A stretch of DNA of 64,000 bases from Patescibacteria group bacterium (lineage in GTDB: Bacteria; Patescibacteriota; Microgenomatia; UBA8517): positions 74,961 to 138,960 of the forward strand of contig DATDRP010000006.1 in assembly GCA_035291665.1 (NCBI GenBank), written 5' to 3'. Both the position numbers and the translations under genes were made by a program. Below are positions 55,950 to 64,000 of this stretch, piece after piece; position 1 is the stretch's first letter, and each line of letters opens with the position of its first letter. The notes beneath the pieces were generated by a model that did no database searches, had not been told where the DNA came from, and was given only the letters and a program-made list of their open reading frames with translations.

Positions 55950-56682
55950 AGACGAGCAAAAAGCCATAATCGAAGGCGGAAAACATTTAAGTTATATTAA
56001 AAAATCCCTTGAAAGAGCGGTATCGGTGGGAGTTAGTTCCTGGGATCTTGAAGTACTCGCAAACAGGCTGATAGATGAAAGCGGCGGTAGGGCATCATTC
56101 AAGCTGGTACCCGGCTACAGTTGGGCAACATGCGTGAACGTCAATGAGGGAATAGTCCACGGAATTCCGAAAGAAGATGTGATTTTTGCCAAAGGTGACG
56201 TAGTGAGCGTCGATGTCGGACTTTTTTACAAAGGATTTAATACCGACACTTCAACGACTGTTGGTTTGGATGTTAACGTCCAAACAAAGAAATTTTTGGA
56301 ATCAGGCAAGGTGGCGCTTTCTAAAGCAATTTCTGAGGCGAAGAGCGGAAATAGAATTTACGACATCTCGAAAGCGATAGAAAAAACAATAATGGGAGAT
56401 GGATATAAACCGGTAATAAAATTAGTCGGGCATGGGGTTGGACGCGACCTTCATGAAGATCCCCAAATCCCCGGTGTAGTTATAGGCAGGTATGAAGATA
56501 GCCCTCTGATTGTGCCTGGAATGGTATTGGCAATTGAGGTTATTTACGCCTTGGGAGATTCTGAAATCAAATACAATAAGGATCGGTGGACAATTGAGAC
56601 TGCTGATGGTAAAATATCAGCGCTTTACGAAGAGACTGTTGTAGTAACTAATAACGGTACAATTGTAGTTACAGATCAGTAA
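55927..56682 (+). CDS. map: Methionine aminopeptidase type I
   Basis: Pita-bread fold with metal ligands (D, D, H, E, E) in the expected blocks. Confidence 0.9.
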   Translation: MKIPLKNKDEQKAIIEGGKHLSYIKKSLERAVSVGVSSWDLEVLANRLIDESGGRASFKLVPGYSWATCVNVNEGIVHGIPKEDVIFAKGDVVSVDVGLFYKGFNTDTSTTVGLDVNVQTKKFLESGKVALSKAISEAKSGNRIYDISKAIEKTIMGDGYKPVIKLVGHGVGRDLHEDPQIPGVVIGRYEDSPLIVPGMVLAIEVIYALGDSEIKYNKDRWTIETADGKISALYEETVVVTNNGTIVVTDQ

Positions 56683-56741
56683 AAAAGCTTGGGTTTGGTA
56701 AAAAAACCAGATGATTTGAAGCTGGTTTTTGTTTTGTAATA

Positions 56742-56960
56742 ATGGCTAAAGATAATAATTTGGATAAGTTTGTTGGAGTTGTGACAGAGGCACTTCCGAA
56801 CACCATGTTTCGTGTTGAACTTGAAGACGGAAGAGTAATTTTGGCAACTCTGACCGGGAAAATGCGAAAAAATTACGTACGGATTTTTCCGGGTGATAGG
56901 GTTCGTGTAGAAATGACTAAGTACGATACTGTACGGGGAAGAATCTTTTACAAAATATAA
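56742..56960 (+). CDS. infA: Translation initiation factor IF-1
   Basis: 72 aa S1-like OB fold (GVVTEALPNTMFRVELEDGRVILATLTGKMRKNYVRIFPGDRVRVEMTKYD). Confidence 0.9.
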   Translation: MAKDNNLDKFVGVVTEALPNTMFRVELEDGRVILATLTGKMRKNYVRIFPGDRVRVEMTKYDTVRGRIFYKI

Positions 56961-57037
56961 CGCTTTTTTGATGTCGGCCTACCCAATAAACAACCGATAT
57001 TGCGATTTGAATACCAGGCAAGTTGATAGAAACTTAT

Positions 57038-57151
57038 ATGAAAGTGAATTCATCAATCAGAAAAAGATGTAAAGACTGCAAGATTGTGAGACGCAAAGGC
57101 GTATTGTATGTGATTTGCAAGAATCCCAGGCACAAACAAAGGCAGGGATAA
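57038..57151 (+). CDS. rpmJ: 50S ribosomal protein L36 (37 aa; below the 60-aa ORF-track cutoff)
   Basis: Hand translation gives [37 protein letters not shown]. This is the C-x2-C-x12-C-x4-H zinc-ribbon pattern of L36. Confidence 0.85.
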   Translation: MKVNSSIRKRCKDCKIVRRKGVLYVICKNPRHKQRQG

Positions 57152-57154
57152 AAT

Positions 57155-57220
57155 AGAGTCGAAGAGCAGGAGAGTGAAAGAGTAATAAATACTCACGCTC
57201 TTATACTCTTCTACTCTTTT
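57155..57220 (+). promoter_or_regulatory. rpsM leader: purine-rich motif GGAGAGTGAAAGAGTAATAAAT followed by pyrimidine octamer repeats ACGCTCTT-ATACTCTT-CTACTCTT (imperfect long hairpin)
   Basis: The arms are complementary over ~20 nt. The element ends 12 nt before the rpsM ATG. Related elements are at 1070-1149 and 8449-8510. Confidence 0.45.
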
Positions 57221-57232
57221 ACTTTAATTTTT

Positions 57233-57637
57233 ATGGCAAGATTAGCAGGAATTGAATTACAGGATAAAGATCGAGTTTTATATGCATTAACTCAAATAAA
57301 GGGTATCGGCATGCCGTTGGCAAATAAAATAATGAAATCAGTGAAAATGAATCAAGCAAAAAGAGTCAAGGACTTGTCGGGGGACGAACTCAATCAAATA
57401 GCAGGGGAGCTTGAAAATTATAAGATCGAAGGCGATTTGATACGCTCGGTTAGATCCGATATCACTAGACTTCAGCAAACGGGGACTTTTCGGGGAATGA
57501 GACATTCAAGGAATTTACCGGCAAGAGGCCAAAGAACAAGACACAATGCAAGAAGCAAGAGGGGAAAACGAAAGACTGTGGGAGCTTTCAAGAAAGAAAT
57601 GCTGGCCAAAACACAAAAAGATACTAGTTCAGAATAA
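57233..57637 (+). CDS. rpsM: 30S ribosomal protein S13
   Basis: [26 protein letters not shown]. Confidence 0.9.
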   Translation: MARLAGIELQDKDRVLYALTQIKGIGMPLANKIMKSVKMNQAKRVKDLSGDELNQIAGELENYKIEGDLIRSVRSDITRLQQTGTFRGMRHSRNLPARGQRTRHNARSKRGKRKTVGAFKKEMLAKTQKDTSSE

Positions 57638-57639
57638 AT

Positions 57640-58023
57640 ATGAAAAAACCAGTTAAAAAAACGAAAAAAGCTGAGGTGGAAAAAGGGAGAGTATATGTTT
57701 CAGCCTCGTTTAATAATACTATAGTTACGATTACGGATCTTGGCGGCAACGTTATTTGCTGGGGTTCTTCAGGAAACTCAGGTTTCAAGGGTACAAGAAG
57801 ATCTACCCCCTTTGCGGCAACCAGCGCTGTTGAGAAAGTTATCGGAATCGCAAAAGCTGAAAATGGTCTTCGCGAGGTTGAAATTTATGTAAAAGGTCCG
57901 GGTGCTGGAAGAGATGCTGCTTTACGGGCAATCCGAGCAGCGGGTATAAAAATTTCGCAAATAGCAGATGTTACGCCAATTCCGCACAACGGTCCGAGAC
58001 CGAAAAAGAAAAGAAGGAACTAA
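57640..58023 (+). CDS. rpsK: 30S ribosomal protein S11
   Basis: S11 signature segments. Confidence 0.9.
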   Translation: MKKPVKKTKKAEVEKGRVYVSASFNNTIVTITDLGGNVICWGSSGNSGFKGTRRSTPFAATSAVEKVIGIAKAENGLREVEIYVKGPGAGRDAALRAIRAAGIKISQIADVTPIPHNGPRPKKKRRN

Positions 58024-58029
58024 ATTAAT

Positions 58030-58629
58030 ATGGCAAAATATAACGGACCTAAAGACAGATTATCAAGAAGAGAGGGCTATGATATTTTCGGTAAAGGTGC
58101 AAAACTGACGCGTCTTAATGTTCTTCCGGGGATGCATGGCGCCCAAGGATCAAGAACAAAATCAGAATACTCAAAACAGCTTCGGGAAAAACAAAAAGTT
58201 AAACGGATATATGGTGTGTTGGAGAGGCAGTTTAAAAATTATGCTGATTCTGCAATGAGCTATAAAGGAAATACAGGTGAAAGACTTTTATCTATCTTGG
58301 AAAGACGACTTGATAATGTGATCTACAGGCTTGGTTTTGCACCCAGCCGACCGGCAGCCAGACAATTGGTGTCCCACAGACATGTGCTTATAGATGGAAA
58401 GAAAGTTAATATCCCGTCCTATATAGTTAAAAAAGGAGAGACAATTACACTTTCAGCAATAGCAGTTGAGATACCGGTTATCAAAAAACTTCTTGGAGTG
58501 AAAGATTTTAAGACCCCTTCCTGGCTTCAAAGGAAAGCAGCAGCCGGGAAAATTTTGAAAGATCCTGTAAGAGATGATATCATCGAACCTGTTTCTGAAC
58601 AGGATGTTGTGGAATATTATTCCCGTTAA
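58030..58629 (+). CDS. rpsD: 30S ribosomal protein S4
   Basis: 199 aa with an S4 domain (RLDNVIYRLGFAPSRPAARQLVSHRHVLIDGKKVNIPSY). Confidence 0.9.
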   Translation: MAKYNGPKDRLSRREGYDIFGKGAKLTRLNVLPGMHGAQGSRTKSEYSKQLREKQKVKRIYGVLERQFKNYADSAMSYKGNTGERLLSILERRLDNVIYRLGFAPSRPAARQLVSHRHVLIDGKKVNIPSYIVKKGETITLSAIAVEIPVIKKLLGVKDFKTPSWLQRKAAAGKILKDPVRDDIIEPVSEQDVVEYYSR

Positions 58630-58654
58630 TTAAATTTTTAAAGGAGGTGAGATA

Positions 58655-59566
58655 GTGAACGATACATTATTTGAAACTAAAGAAGAAAGCCATAAAGATA
58701 ATTATTCAAAGTTTATAATCAGCCCTTTGACCCAGGGATATGGAATTACGCTTGGAAATTCATTACGAAGAGTTCTTTTAACCAGTTTGTCGGGAGCCGC
58801 TTTTACGCAGGTTAAAATCTCTTCCGTAAAACATCAGTTTTCGACCCTAAAAGGAATGAAAGAGGATGTCGTTGAGTTTGTACTCAATCTTAAGAAAGTC
58901 CGAATGTATTATGATGGCGATAAAACCATCAAAGCATCTCTCGAGGTTAAAGGACCGGGCGATATTAAAGCAAAGAGTATAAAAGTTGATTCTTCGGTAA
59001 AGATTGCAAATCCGGAATTGGTCATTGCCCATTTAAGTAAATCCGGAACCTTAAGTGCTAAACTCGAAATTCAATCGGGTGTCGGATATTCTCCGGCGGA
59101 AGATCGAAAAACCGATGAAATCGGGGTTATTCCTTTAGATGCATCATTCTCTCCCGTTGTCAGAGTCAACTATAAAGTTGAGGAAACACGCGTCGGAAGA
59201 TTAACCAACTATGACAAGCTTATCCTTGAGATTTGGACAGACGGAACAATTACACCCAAAGATGCGGTCATGAAAGCTTCTAATATTTTGGTGTCATACC
59301 TGATGCAAATTGTTTCACCCAAAAAGGTAGCCAAGAAAGAAGAGGAAAATGTAAGTGATGATTTGGGACCGGTGGGGAAGCTTTCGGTTGAGGAAATCAA
59401 TCTTCCTACAAGAGTTGCAAATGCATTAATAAAGGCCGGTTATGATACGGTTGAAGACTTGGTCCAGGCAAAAAGAGACGACCTGGTGAAGGTTAGAAAT
59501 CTGGGAGAAAAGTCTGTCAAAATTATTGATGCCGCTCTTGGAGAAAAAGGCTTGAGCTTTAGTTGA
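58655..59566 (+). CDS. rpoA: DNA-directed RNA polymerase subunit alpha (GTG start, SD AAGGAGG at 58641-58647)
   Basis: N-terminal dimerisation/assembly domain and C-terminal alpha-CTD (INLPTRVANALIKAGYDTVEDL). Confidence 0.9.
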   Translation: MNDTLFETKEESHKDNYSKFIISPLTQGYGITLGNSLRRVLLTSLSGAAFTQVKISSVKHQFSTLKGMKEDVVEFVLNLKKVRMYYDGDKTIKASLEVKGPGDIKAKSIKVDSSVKIANPELVIAHLSKSGTLSAKLEIQSGVGYSPAEDRKTDEIGVIPLDASFSPVVRVNYKVEETRVGRLTNYDKLILEIWTDGTITPKDAVMKASNILVSYLMQIVSPKKVAKKEEENVSDDLGPVGKLSVEEINLPTRVANALIKAGYDTVEDLVQAKRDDLVKVRNLGEKSVKIIDAALGEKGLSFS

Positions 59567-59675
59567 ATTAATTTTTTATAAATTAATATCGTTTACTGTT
59601 TCCAATGAGAAGCTTTCAAAGCCGTGGAGGTTTTGAGTCAGTAATTGACTGAGTTGAGCATTTTATACGCATTTC

Positions 59676-59835
59676 AAGAATACCCCATCTGGAGGCGATA
59701 GCCGGATGATGGGGATGAATTGAATTAAGAATGTAACCTCGTTTAGACGGATCCGAAAGGATACCCCGCCTGAAAGTGATAGCGAGAGGGCGGGGAGGTT
59801 TCATTCAACCCGGGATTTTGATAGAGCTTTTTTGT
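59676..59835 (+). promoter_or_regulatory. Tandem ~80-nt units, each with a GC-clamped hairpin carrying a conserved 18-nt loop (candidate structured RNA or cis-regulatory element)
   Basis: Hairpin 1 (59684-59714): CCCCATC-[TGGAGGCGATAGCCGGAT]-GATGGGG. Hairpin 2 (59764-59795): CCCCGCC-[TGAAAGTGATAGCGAGAG]-GGCGGGG. The loops are identical at 12/18 positions, including GATAGC. Each hairpin is preceded by (A/G)GATACC. A T-run lies at 59832-59837, just before rplQ. Confidence 0.3.
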
Positions 59836-59843
59836 AGCAAATT

Positions 59844-60326
59844 ATGAAAAAGAAAGTATTCGGCAGACATTTTTCAAGATCGTCATCGTCAAGAAGGGGT
59901 CTTTTCAGATCTCTGGTTAGGGCTGTTGTTATAAACGGTGCGATAAAAACCACACCGGCAAAGGCAAAAGCAGTAATGCCTTTTTTTGATAAATTGATGA
60001 CGGAAGCCAAAAAGGCAACGGTCGCATCAAGAAGAAATGTGCTTGCAAAATTGGGAAATGACAAACTTATTACAGGGAAAATATTTGATTTAGCCTTAAT
60101 TTTTAAAGAGCAAAGAGGCGGATATTTGAAAATAACCCCCCTACCGGCAAGAGTTGGCGACAACGCTTTGATGATGAGGTTGGAGTTAACCAAGAAGATT
60201 GAACCGGTTGTTGTCAAAAAGCCGGAAAAAAAAGCCGGGAATAAGGCAGCAGAGTCAAAAGCGGAGAGTAAAAAATCATTAGGTGAGAAAGTAAAAAGTG
60301 TTATTTCACGAAGGAAAAATAATTAA
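59844..60326 (+). CDS. rplQ: 50S ribosomal protein L17 (K/A-rich C-terminal extension)
   Basis: L17 core (GRHFSRSSSSRRGLFRSLVRAVVINGAIKTTPAKAKAV). Confidence 0.9.
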   Translation: MKKKVFGRHFSRSSSSRRGLFRSLVRAVVINGAIKTTPAKAKAVMPFFDKLMTEAKKATVASRRNVLAKLGNDKLITGKIFDLALIFKEQRGGYLKITPLPARVGDNALMMRLELTKKIEPVVVKKPEKKAGNKAAESKAESKKSLGEKVKSVISRRKNN

Positions 60327-60329
60327 ATT

Positions 60330-60752
60330 ATGATAAAAACTTATCAACCAAAAAGGTCAGAGGTTTTGCGGAAATGGGTATTGATTGATGCGAAAGGCCA
60401 GATCTTGGGTAGATGCGCAAGCAGAATCGCAACAATCCTTATTGGCAAACACAAGGTAGGTTACTCACAGCATATGGATAGCGGTGATTATGTAGTTGTT
60501 GTTAATTCTGAAAAAATTAAGGTAACAGGCAAAAAAGAAAAGCAGAAGATTTACAGAAGCCATTCCGGTTACCCCGGGGGACTGAAAGAAGTAAGTTTTG
60601 CAAGAATGGTTGAAAAAGATCCCCGCAAGATATTAAAAATAGCCGTTTCGGGTATGCTTCCCGGAAATAGGTTAAAAGATAAAAGAATGAATAGGTTGAA
60701 ATTATTTGTCGGTGACAAACACCCTTATGCATCAAAAACAATAACTTTGTAA
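60330..60752 (+). CDS. rplM: 50S ribosomal protein L13
   Basis: MIKTYQPKRSEVLRKWVLIDAKGQILGRCASRIATIL. Confidence 0.9.
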   Translation: MIKTYQPKRSEVLRKWVLIDAKGQILGRCASRIATILIGKHKVGYSQHMDSGDYVVVVNSEKIKVTGKKEKQKIYRSHSGYPGGLKEVSFARMVEKDPRKILKIAVSGMLPGNRLKDKRMNRLKLFVGDKHPYASKTITL

Positions 60753-60755
60753 AAT

Positions 60756-61166
60756 ATGGCAAAACTAAAAAAGAAAAATTTTATTTATGCAGTCGGACGG
60801 AGAAAGACCGCCTCGGCTCGAATCAGATTGTTCAAAGGCAAAGGCGAAACAACAGTTAACGGAATGCCGATCGAAAAGTATTTTGTCGGACGTGAATTAA
60901 AACACATTTGGGAAAGACCGTTTTTGGTTACTGAAACTTCTGAAAAATATTATGCAACAATAAAAGTTTATGGTGGGGGAAAGATTGGTCAAGCCGAAGC
61001 GTCAGCTCATGGAGTTTCAAGAGCTTTAAGCGAGGCAAATAAAGACATCTTCAAACCTCTTTTGAGAAAAGCGGGACTTTTAACTAGAGATGATCGTATC
61101 AGGGAAAGAAGAAAAGTCGGAATGGGCGGTAAAGCAAGACGCAAAAAACAAAGCCCGAAGCGATGA
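60756..61166 (+). CDS. rpsI: 30S ribosomal protein S9
   Basis: Ends in the R/K-rich S9 tail (GGKARRKKQSPKR). Confidence 0.9.
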   Translation: MAKLKKKNFIYAVGRRKTASARIRLFKGKGETTVNGMPIEKYFVGRELKHIWERPFLVTETSEKYYATIKVYGGGKIGQAEASAHGVSRALSEANKDIFKPLLRKAGLLTRDDRIRERRKVGMGGKARRKKQSPKR

Positions 61167-61202
61167 TATTTACAACTTATCCCCAATATCACTACCAGTT
61201 TT

Positions 61203-62276
61203 TTACCTGTCCCTTTCGAGTATAAAATTCATTAATGTTTCAAGATTGTTTCTGTAGGGTTGAACATTAAGAAAATCCAAATCTTTTTTCAAAATTTGTT
61301 CGGCCTTGATTTTATAGACAATTGCCTTTTTCCTGGCGTAATCAATACTTTTATACTCGTTCATTTTTTGCAGGACGAACTTGACTTCCCGGGAAGTTTT
61401 TTCACTTCTTGGTTTATTGATAATTTTTTCTATCTTTTTTCTGTCAGAAGTACTGGCGTTTCGCATGAGATGTCCGAGAATTAATGTTCGTTTGCTTTCA
61501 TAAATATCATTTCCGATTTGCTTCTTTAGTCCTGCAAAATCGCTGGTAACATCCAAAATATCATCAACCAGTTGGAAGCACCTTCCCAGATTCTTTCCGA
61601 ATTTAGTGAGAAGTTTAAGTTGACTATTTTTTCCCCCCGCAAGGATTGCACCGAGCCGTATCGGACCGGCTACCGTATAATAAGATGTTTTTCCGTCGGC
61701 AATAAAATACCAATCTTCATCGCTTAAACGAGTTTTGTTTTCTTCGATAAATGACAGTTCAACCGATTGCCCCAGTGTTGTTCTTGCCAAAATATCATCA
61801 AATTCCTGCATTATTTTAATGGCTTTATCTTTCGACAATAATTCAAAATTATCTAAAAGTGCTGCCCACATGGAGTTAATAACCGAATCTCCTGCATTGA
61901 CTGCAAGCGGAGGCGAGTATTTTATGTGCAGCGCCTTATCTCCCCTTCTTTCGGGGGAATTATCCTCAAAATCATCGTGTACCAATATCCAATCTTCAGA
62001 TAGCTGCATTGCAGCGGCGGTTGATATACCCAAGTTTATTTTTCCGCCCATAGCCTGGTATGTTAATAAAAGAACTGTTGCGCGTAAATATTTTCCCATT
62101 CGTTTTGAATAATCATTTGTGATTTCCAAATGATGATCTAAATATTTTTTATATTTTGGCGGCACTGAAAATTCTTTTGGTAATTTGGGGAAAGTAAGAT
62201 ATGTCAGCACTTTTGGGTATACCAGATTTTTGTAATAGTTCAGAATCTGGAAGGCTTTTTCATATTTATCATCCAT
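61203..62276 (-). CDS. trans-Isoprenyl diphosphate synthase (short-chain, FPP/GGPP synthase-like)
   Basis: First Asp-rich motif LVHDDFED with a bulky Trp five residues upstream. Second motif FQLVDDILD. Confidence 0.8.
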   Translation of the reverse strand: MDDKYEKAFQILNYYKNLVYPKVLTYLTFPKLPKEFSVPPKYKKYLDHHLEITNDYSKRMGKYLRATVLLLTYQAMGGKINLGISTAAAMQLSEDWILVHDDFEDNSPERRGDKALHIKYSPPLAVNAGDSVINSMWAALLDNFELLSKDKAIKIMQEFDDILARTTLGQSVELSFIEENKTRLSDEDWYFIADGKTSYYTVAGPIRLGAILAGGKNSQLKLLTKFGKNLGRCFQLVDDILDVTSDFAGLKKQIGNDIYESKRTLILGHLMRNASTSDRKKIEKIINKPRSEKTSREVKFVLQKMNEYKSIDYARKKAIVYKIKAEQILKKDLDFLNVQPYRNNLETLMNFILERDR

Positions 62277-62466
62277 AAAGCATATTATAACAGTAAAGCT
62301 GAGGATAAGAGTTACTATAAGTCTAAAAAATCTATTTCTAGCGACTTTTTTAAAACCACTTTGTTAAAACTAGATGGGGGGTGTTATCTAGAATATAAAC
62401 TCTAATAATTTTGAGTGTGTTTGAAATTAGGTTTGGAGGTTTCTATGGTATAATTTCATCACGTCT

Positions 62467-63747
62467 ATGGTTAAAAACACACCCCTTCCCAAAGGTACGA
62501 TTATTCCCGACCACATTGCTGTTGTTCTTGATGGAAACGGCCGTTGGGCAAGATCCAGAAATCTTCCGGTTACGAAAGGACATGAATATGGAGCAAAAGC
62601 TTTGAAAAGTGTCATGGATGCAGCCCGGAATTGGGGAGTTCACACATTGACAATCTGGGGTTGGTCGACGGAAAACTGGAAAAGACCACCCGCTGAAAAG
62701 CGAAAGATTTTTTCCCTTATCAAACACACTCTTTTGAATGAACTAAAAACTGCCAAGCGGGAAGGCATCAGATTTCACCATATAGGAAGACGCGACCGAC
62801 TTCCTAATGATCTTTTGGAATGCATTAAAAAAGTTGAGAACGAGACTTCGAAGAATACGAAATATATTCTTAATGTTGCACTCGACTACGGAGGAAGGGA
62901 TGAAATCTTACGGGCAGTCAAAAAAATTGTAACAGATGAAATTCCTGTTGAAAAAATTGACGAGGAACTTTTTTCAACATATCTGGATACTGCAGATCAG
63001 CCATATCCTTATCCTGATTTATTTATCAGAACTTCAGGTGAACAAAGAACCAGCGGATTTCTGCCGTGGCAATCTGTATATGCTGAGTTTTACTTTGAAC
63101 CCGACCATCTTCCGGATATGACTCCGGAAAAACTCAAGACGGCAATACTGGATTACTCAAGAAGAAGACGCCGTTTCGGTGCGAAAGACAAAGTAAAGCA
63201 TTTCAAATTTAAGCCAGCCGTAACTGCAAATCTGGAAGTAAATTGGTGGAGGCTCAGGAAAATTCCTTACGGAACAAGATTTCGTGATTACGTTATAGCC
63301 CATCTTCAGGAACAGTATGGTTTGTCAAAGAAACTGGCAGTGAAAGCAGCAAGTATGATGATCGAAGCAGTTTTGAACGGGGACAAGTCAAAGTGGCAAA
63401 AATCTCTTCAAAATCTGAAAAAGTTTTACAGATTGATCAAAGACGAGCTTAAAATGGCATTTGAACCTTCACTGGCCGCATCACTGGAGTTGAAGCTTTG
63501 GCAGGGAGGAGACAAAGCTGATGATATTCAAAGTGCCGGTGAAATTGAAGATTTAGCCAAAAACTACTACTCTGAGGTTTACCGAATTTCGAAATTTCAG
63601 GCAACAAAAATTGCCCACCTGCGGATGCTCGCAACAATCGAACGGAATAGAGCAGAAGCAGAAGCGGGAGGAGGAGACCTCCATTGGGTGAAGGCTTATG
63701 AATATCTCAACAAATACTACTCAGCTTTAAAAGACAGGATCGCCTAA
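62467..63747 (+). CDS. uppS: Undecaprenyl-diphosphate synthase (cis-prenyltransferase) fused to an unassigned ~180-aa alpha-helical C-terminal domain
   Basis: The N-terminal ~245 aa carry the UppS motifs (HIAVVLDGNGRWA, IRFHHIGRRDRLP, FIRTSGEQRTSGFLPWQS). Typical UppS proteins end there, but this one continues to 426 aa. Confidence 0.75.
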   Translation: MVKNTPLPKGTIIPDHIAVVLDGNGRWARSRNLPVTKGHEYGAKALKSVMDAARNWGVHTLTIWGWSTENWKRPPAEKRKIFSLIKHTLLNELKTAKREGIRFHHIGRRDRLPNDLLECIKKVENETSKNTKYILNVALDYGGRDEILRAVKKIVTDEIPVEKIDEELFSTYLDTADQPYPYPDLFIRTSGEQRTSGFLPWQSVYAEFYFEPDHLPDMTPEKLKTAILDYSRRRRRFGAKDKVKHFKFKPAVTANLEVNWWRLRKIPYGTRFRDYVIAHLQEQYGLSKKLAVKAASMMIEAVLNGDKSKWQKSLQNLKKFYRLIKDELKMAFEPSLAASLELKLWQGGDKADDIQSAGEIEDLAKNYYSEVYRISKFQATKIAHLRMLATIERNRAEAEAGGGDLHWVKAYEYLNKYYSALKDRIA

Positions 63748-63954
63748 TTGGATAAAAGTGCAGAAAATCCGATTAGGAAGATTAGTAAGGCAATATTAAC
63801 GATTGAAATTTTCTTATATGAGTCTTTTTTTGTTTTGAAGAAAAACCATAACGTTAAATTCAGAGATATGAAAGGCATAAGAAGAAGGATCAAAAGATAT
63901 ATTTGGGGAGGGAGTTTTGAAAACCAGATGGCTGAGACAGTTTGCCAAAAATAG
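63748..63954 (+). CDS. Questionable small ORF (68 aa)
   Basis: Starts immediately after the uppS stop. No features; may be non-coding. Confidence 0.15.
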   Translation: MDKSAENPIRKISKAILTIEIFLYESFFVLKKNHNVKFRDMKGIRRRIKRYIWGGSFENQMAETVCQK

Positions 63955-64000
63955 GTAACTACCGATAATACCCAAATAAGTAAAGCCGGTAAAGTAAGAA

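Overview
This 64-kb window comes from a low-GC bacterial genome. Nearly all genes lie on the + strand and are core information-processing genes. The gene content suggests a streamlined Candidate Phyla Radiation (Patescibacteria)-like organism (inference). The evidence is: no rpmD (L30), a short 469-aa IF-2, an AlaRS that ends after the editing domain, a DnaJ without a zinc finger, a sortase, long spacers inside the r-protein cluster, and standard TGA/TAA/TAG stops (genetic code 11). Gene order: murJ (partial) | hrcA-grpE-dnaK-[2 small ORFs]-dnaJ with two CIRCE operators | TrpR/YerC-like (-) | secreted SNase-Excalibur nuclease | nusA-infB | degenerate DHH-like | rpsO-pnp | Lon-derived AAA+ ATPase without a protease domain | cysteine-free family-4-like UDG | RNase J | ftsK | rodZ-like | PaaX-like (-) | truncated alaS | PilM-like/TM fusion protein + sortase | ruvX | mltG | rpoB-rpoC-rpsL-rpsG-[ORF]-fusA-[ORF]-tuf-rpsJ | 4-helix-bundle pseudogene + tlyA | complete S10/spc/alpha r-protein cluster rplC...rplQ-rplM-rpsI | divergent trans-prenyl synthase (-) / UppS with a novel C-terminal domain. 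I found no rRNA, tRNA or CRISPR. The hunt found no obvious self-contained accessory system (defence island, phage or transposon) in this window. The most interesting signals are non-coding: (i) a REP-like miniature palindromic element in three copies; (ii) a conserved purine-rich leader motif followed by pyrimidine repeat arrays upstream of hrcA, nusA and rpsM; (iii) octamer-periodic TARTATC arrays; (iv) two transcription factors (TrpR-like, PaaX-like) each bracketed by its own perfect palindrome, the PaaX box recurring upstream of the UDG; (v) a tandem pair of GC-clamped hairpins with conserved loops between rpoA and rplQ; and (vi) intrinsic terminators that split the normally contiguous str operon around two inserted unknown ORFs. 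Coordinates of short motifs were counted by hand and may be off by 1-2 nt.
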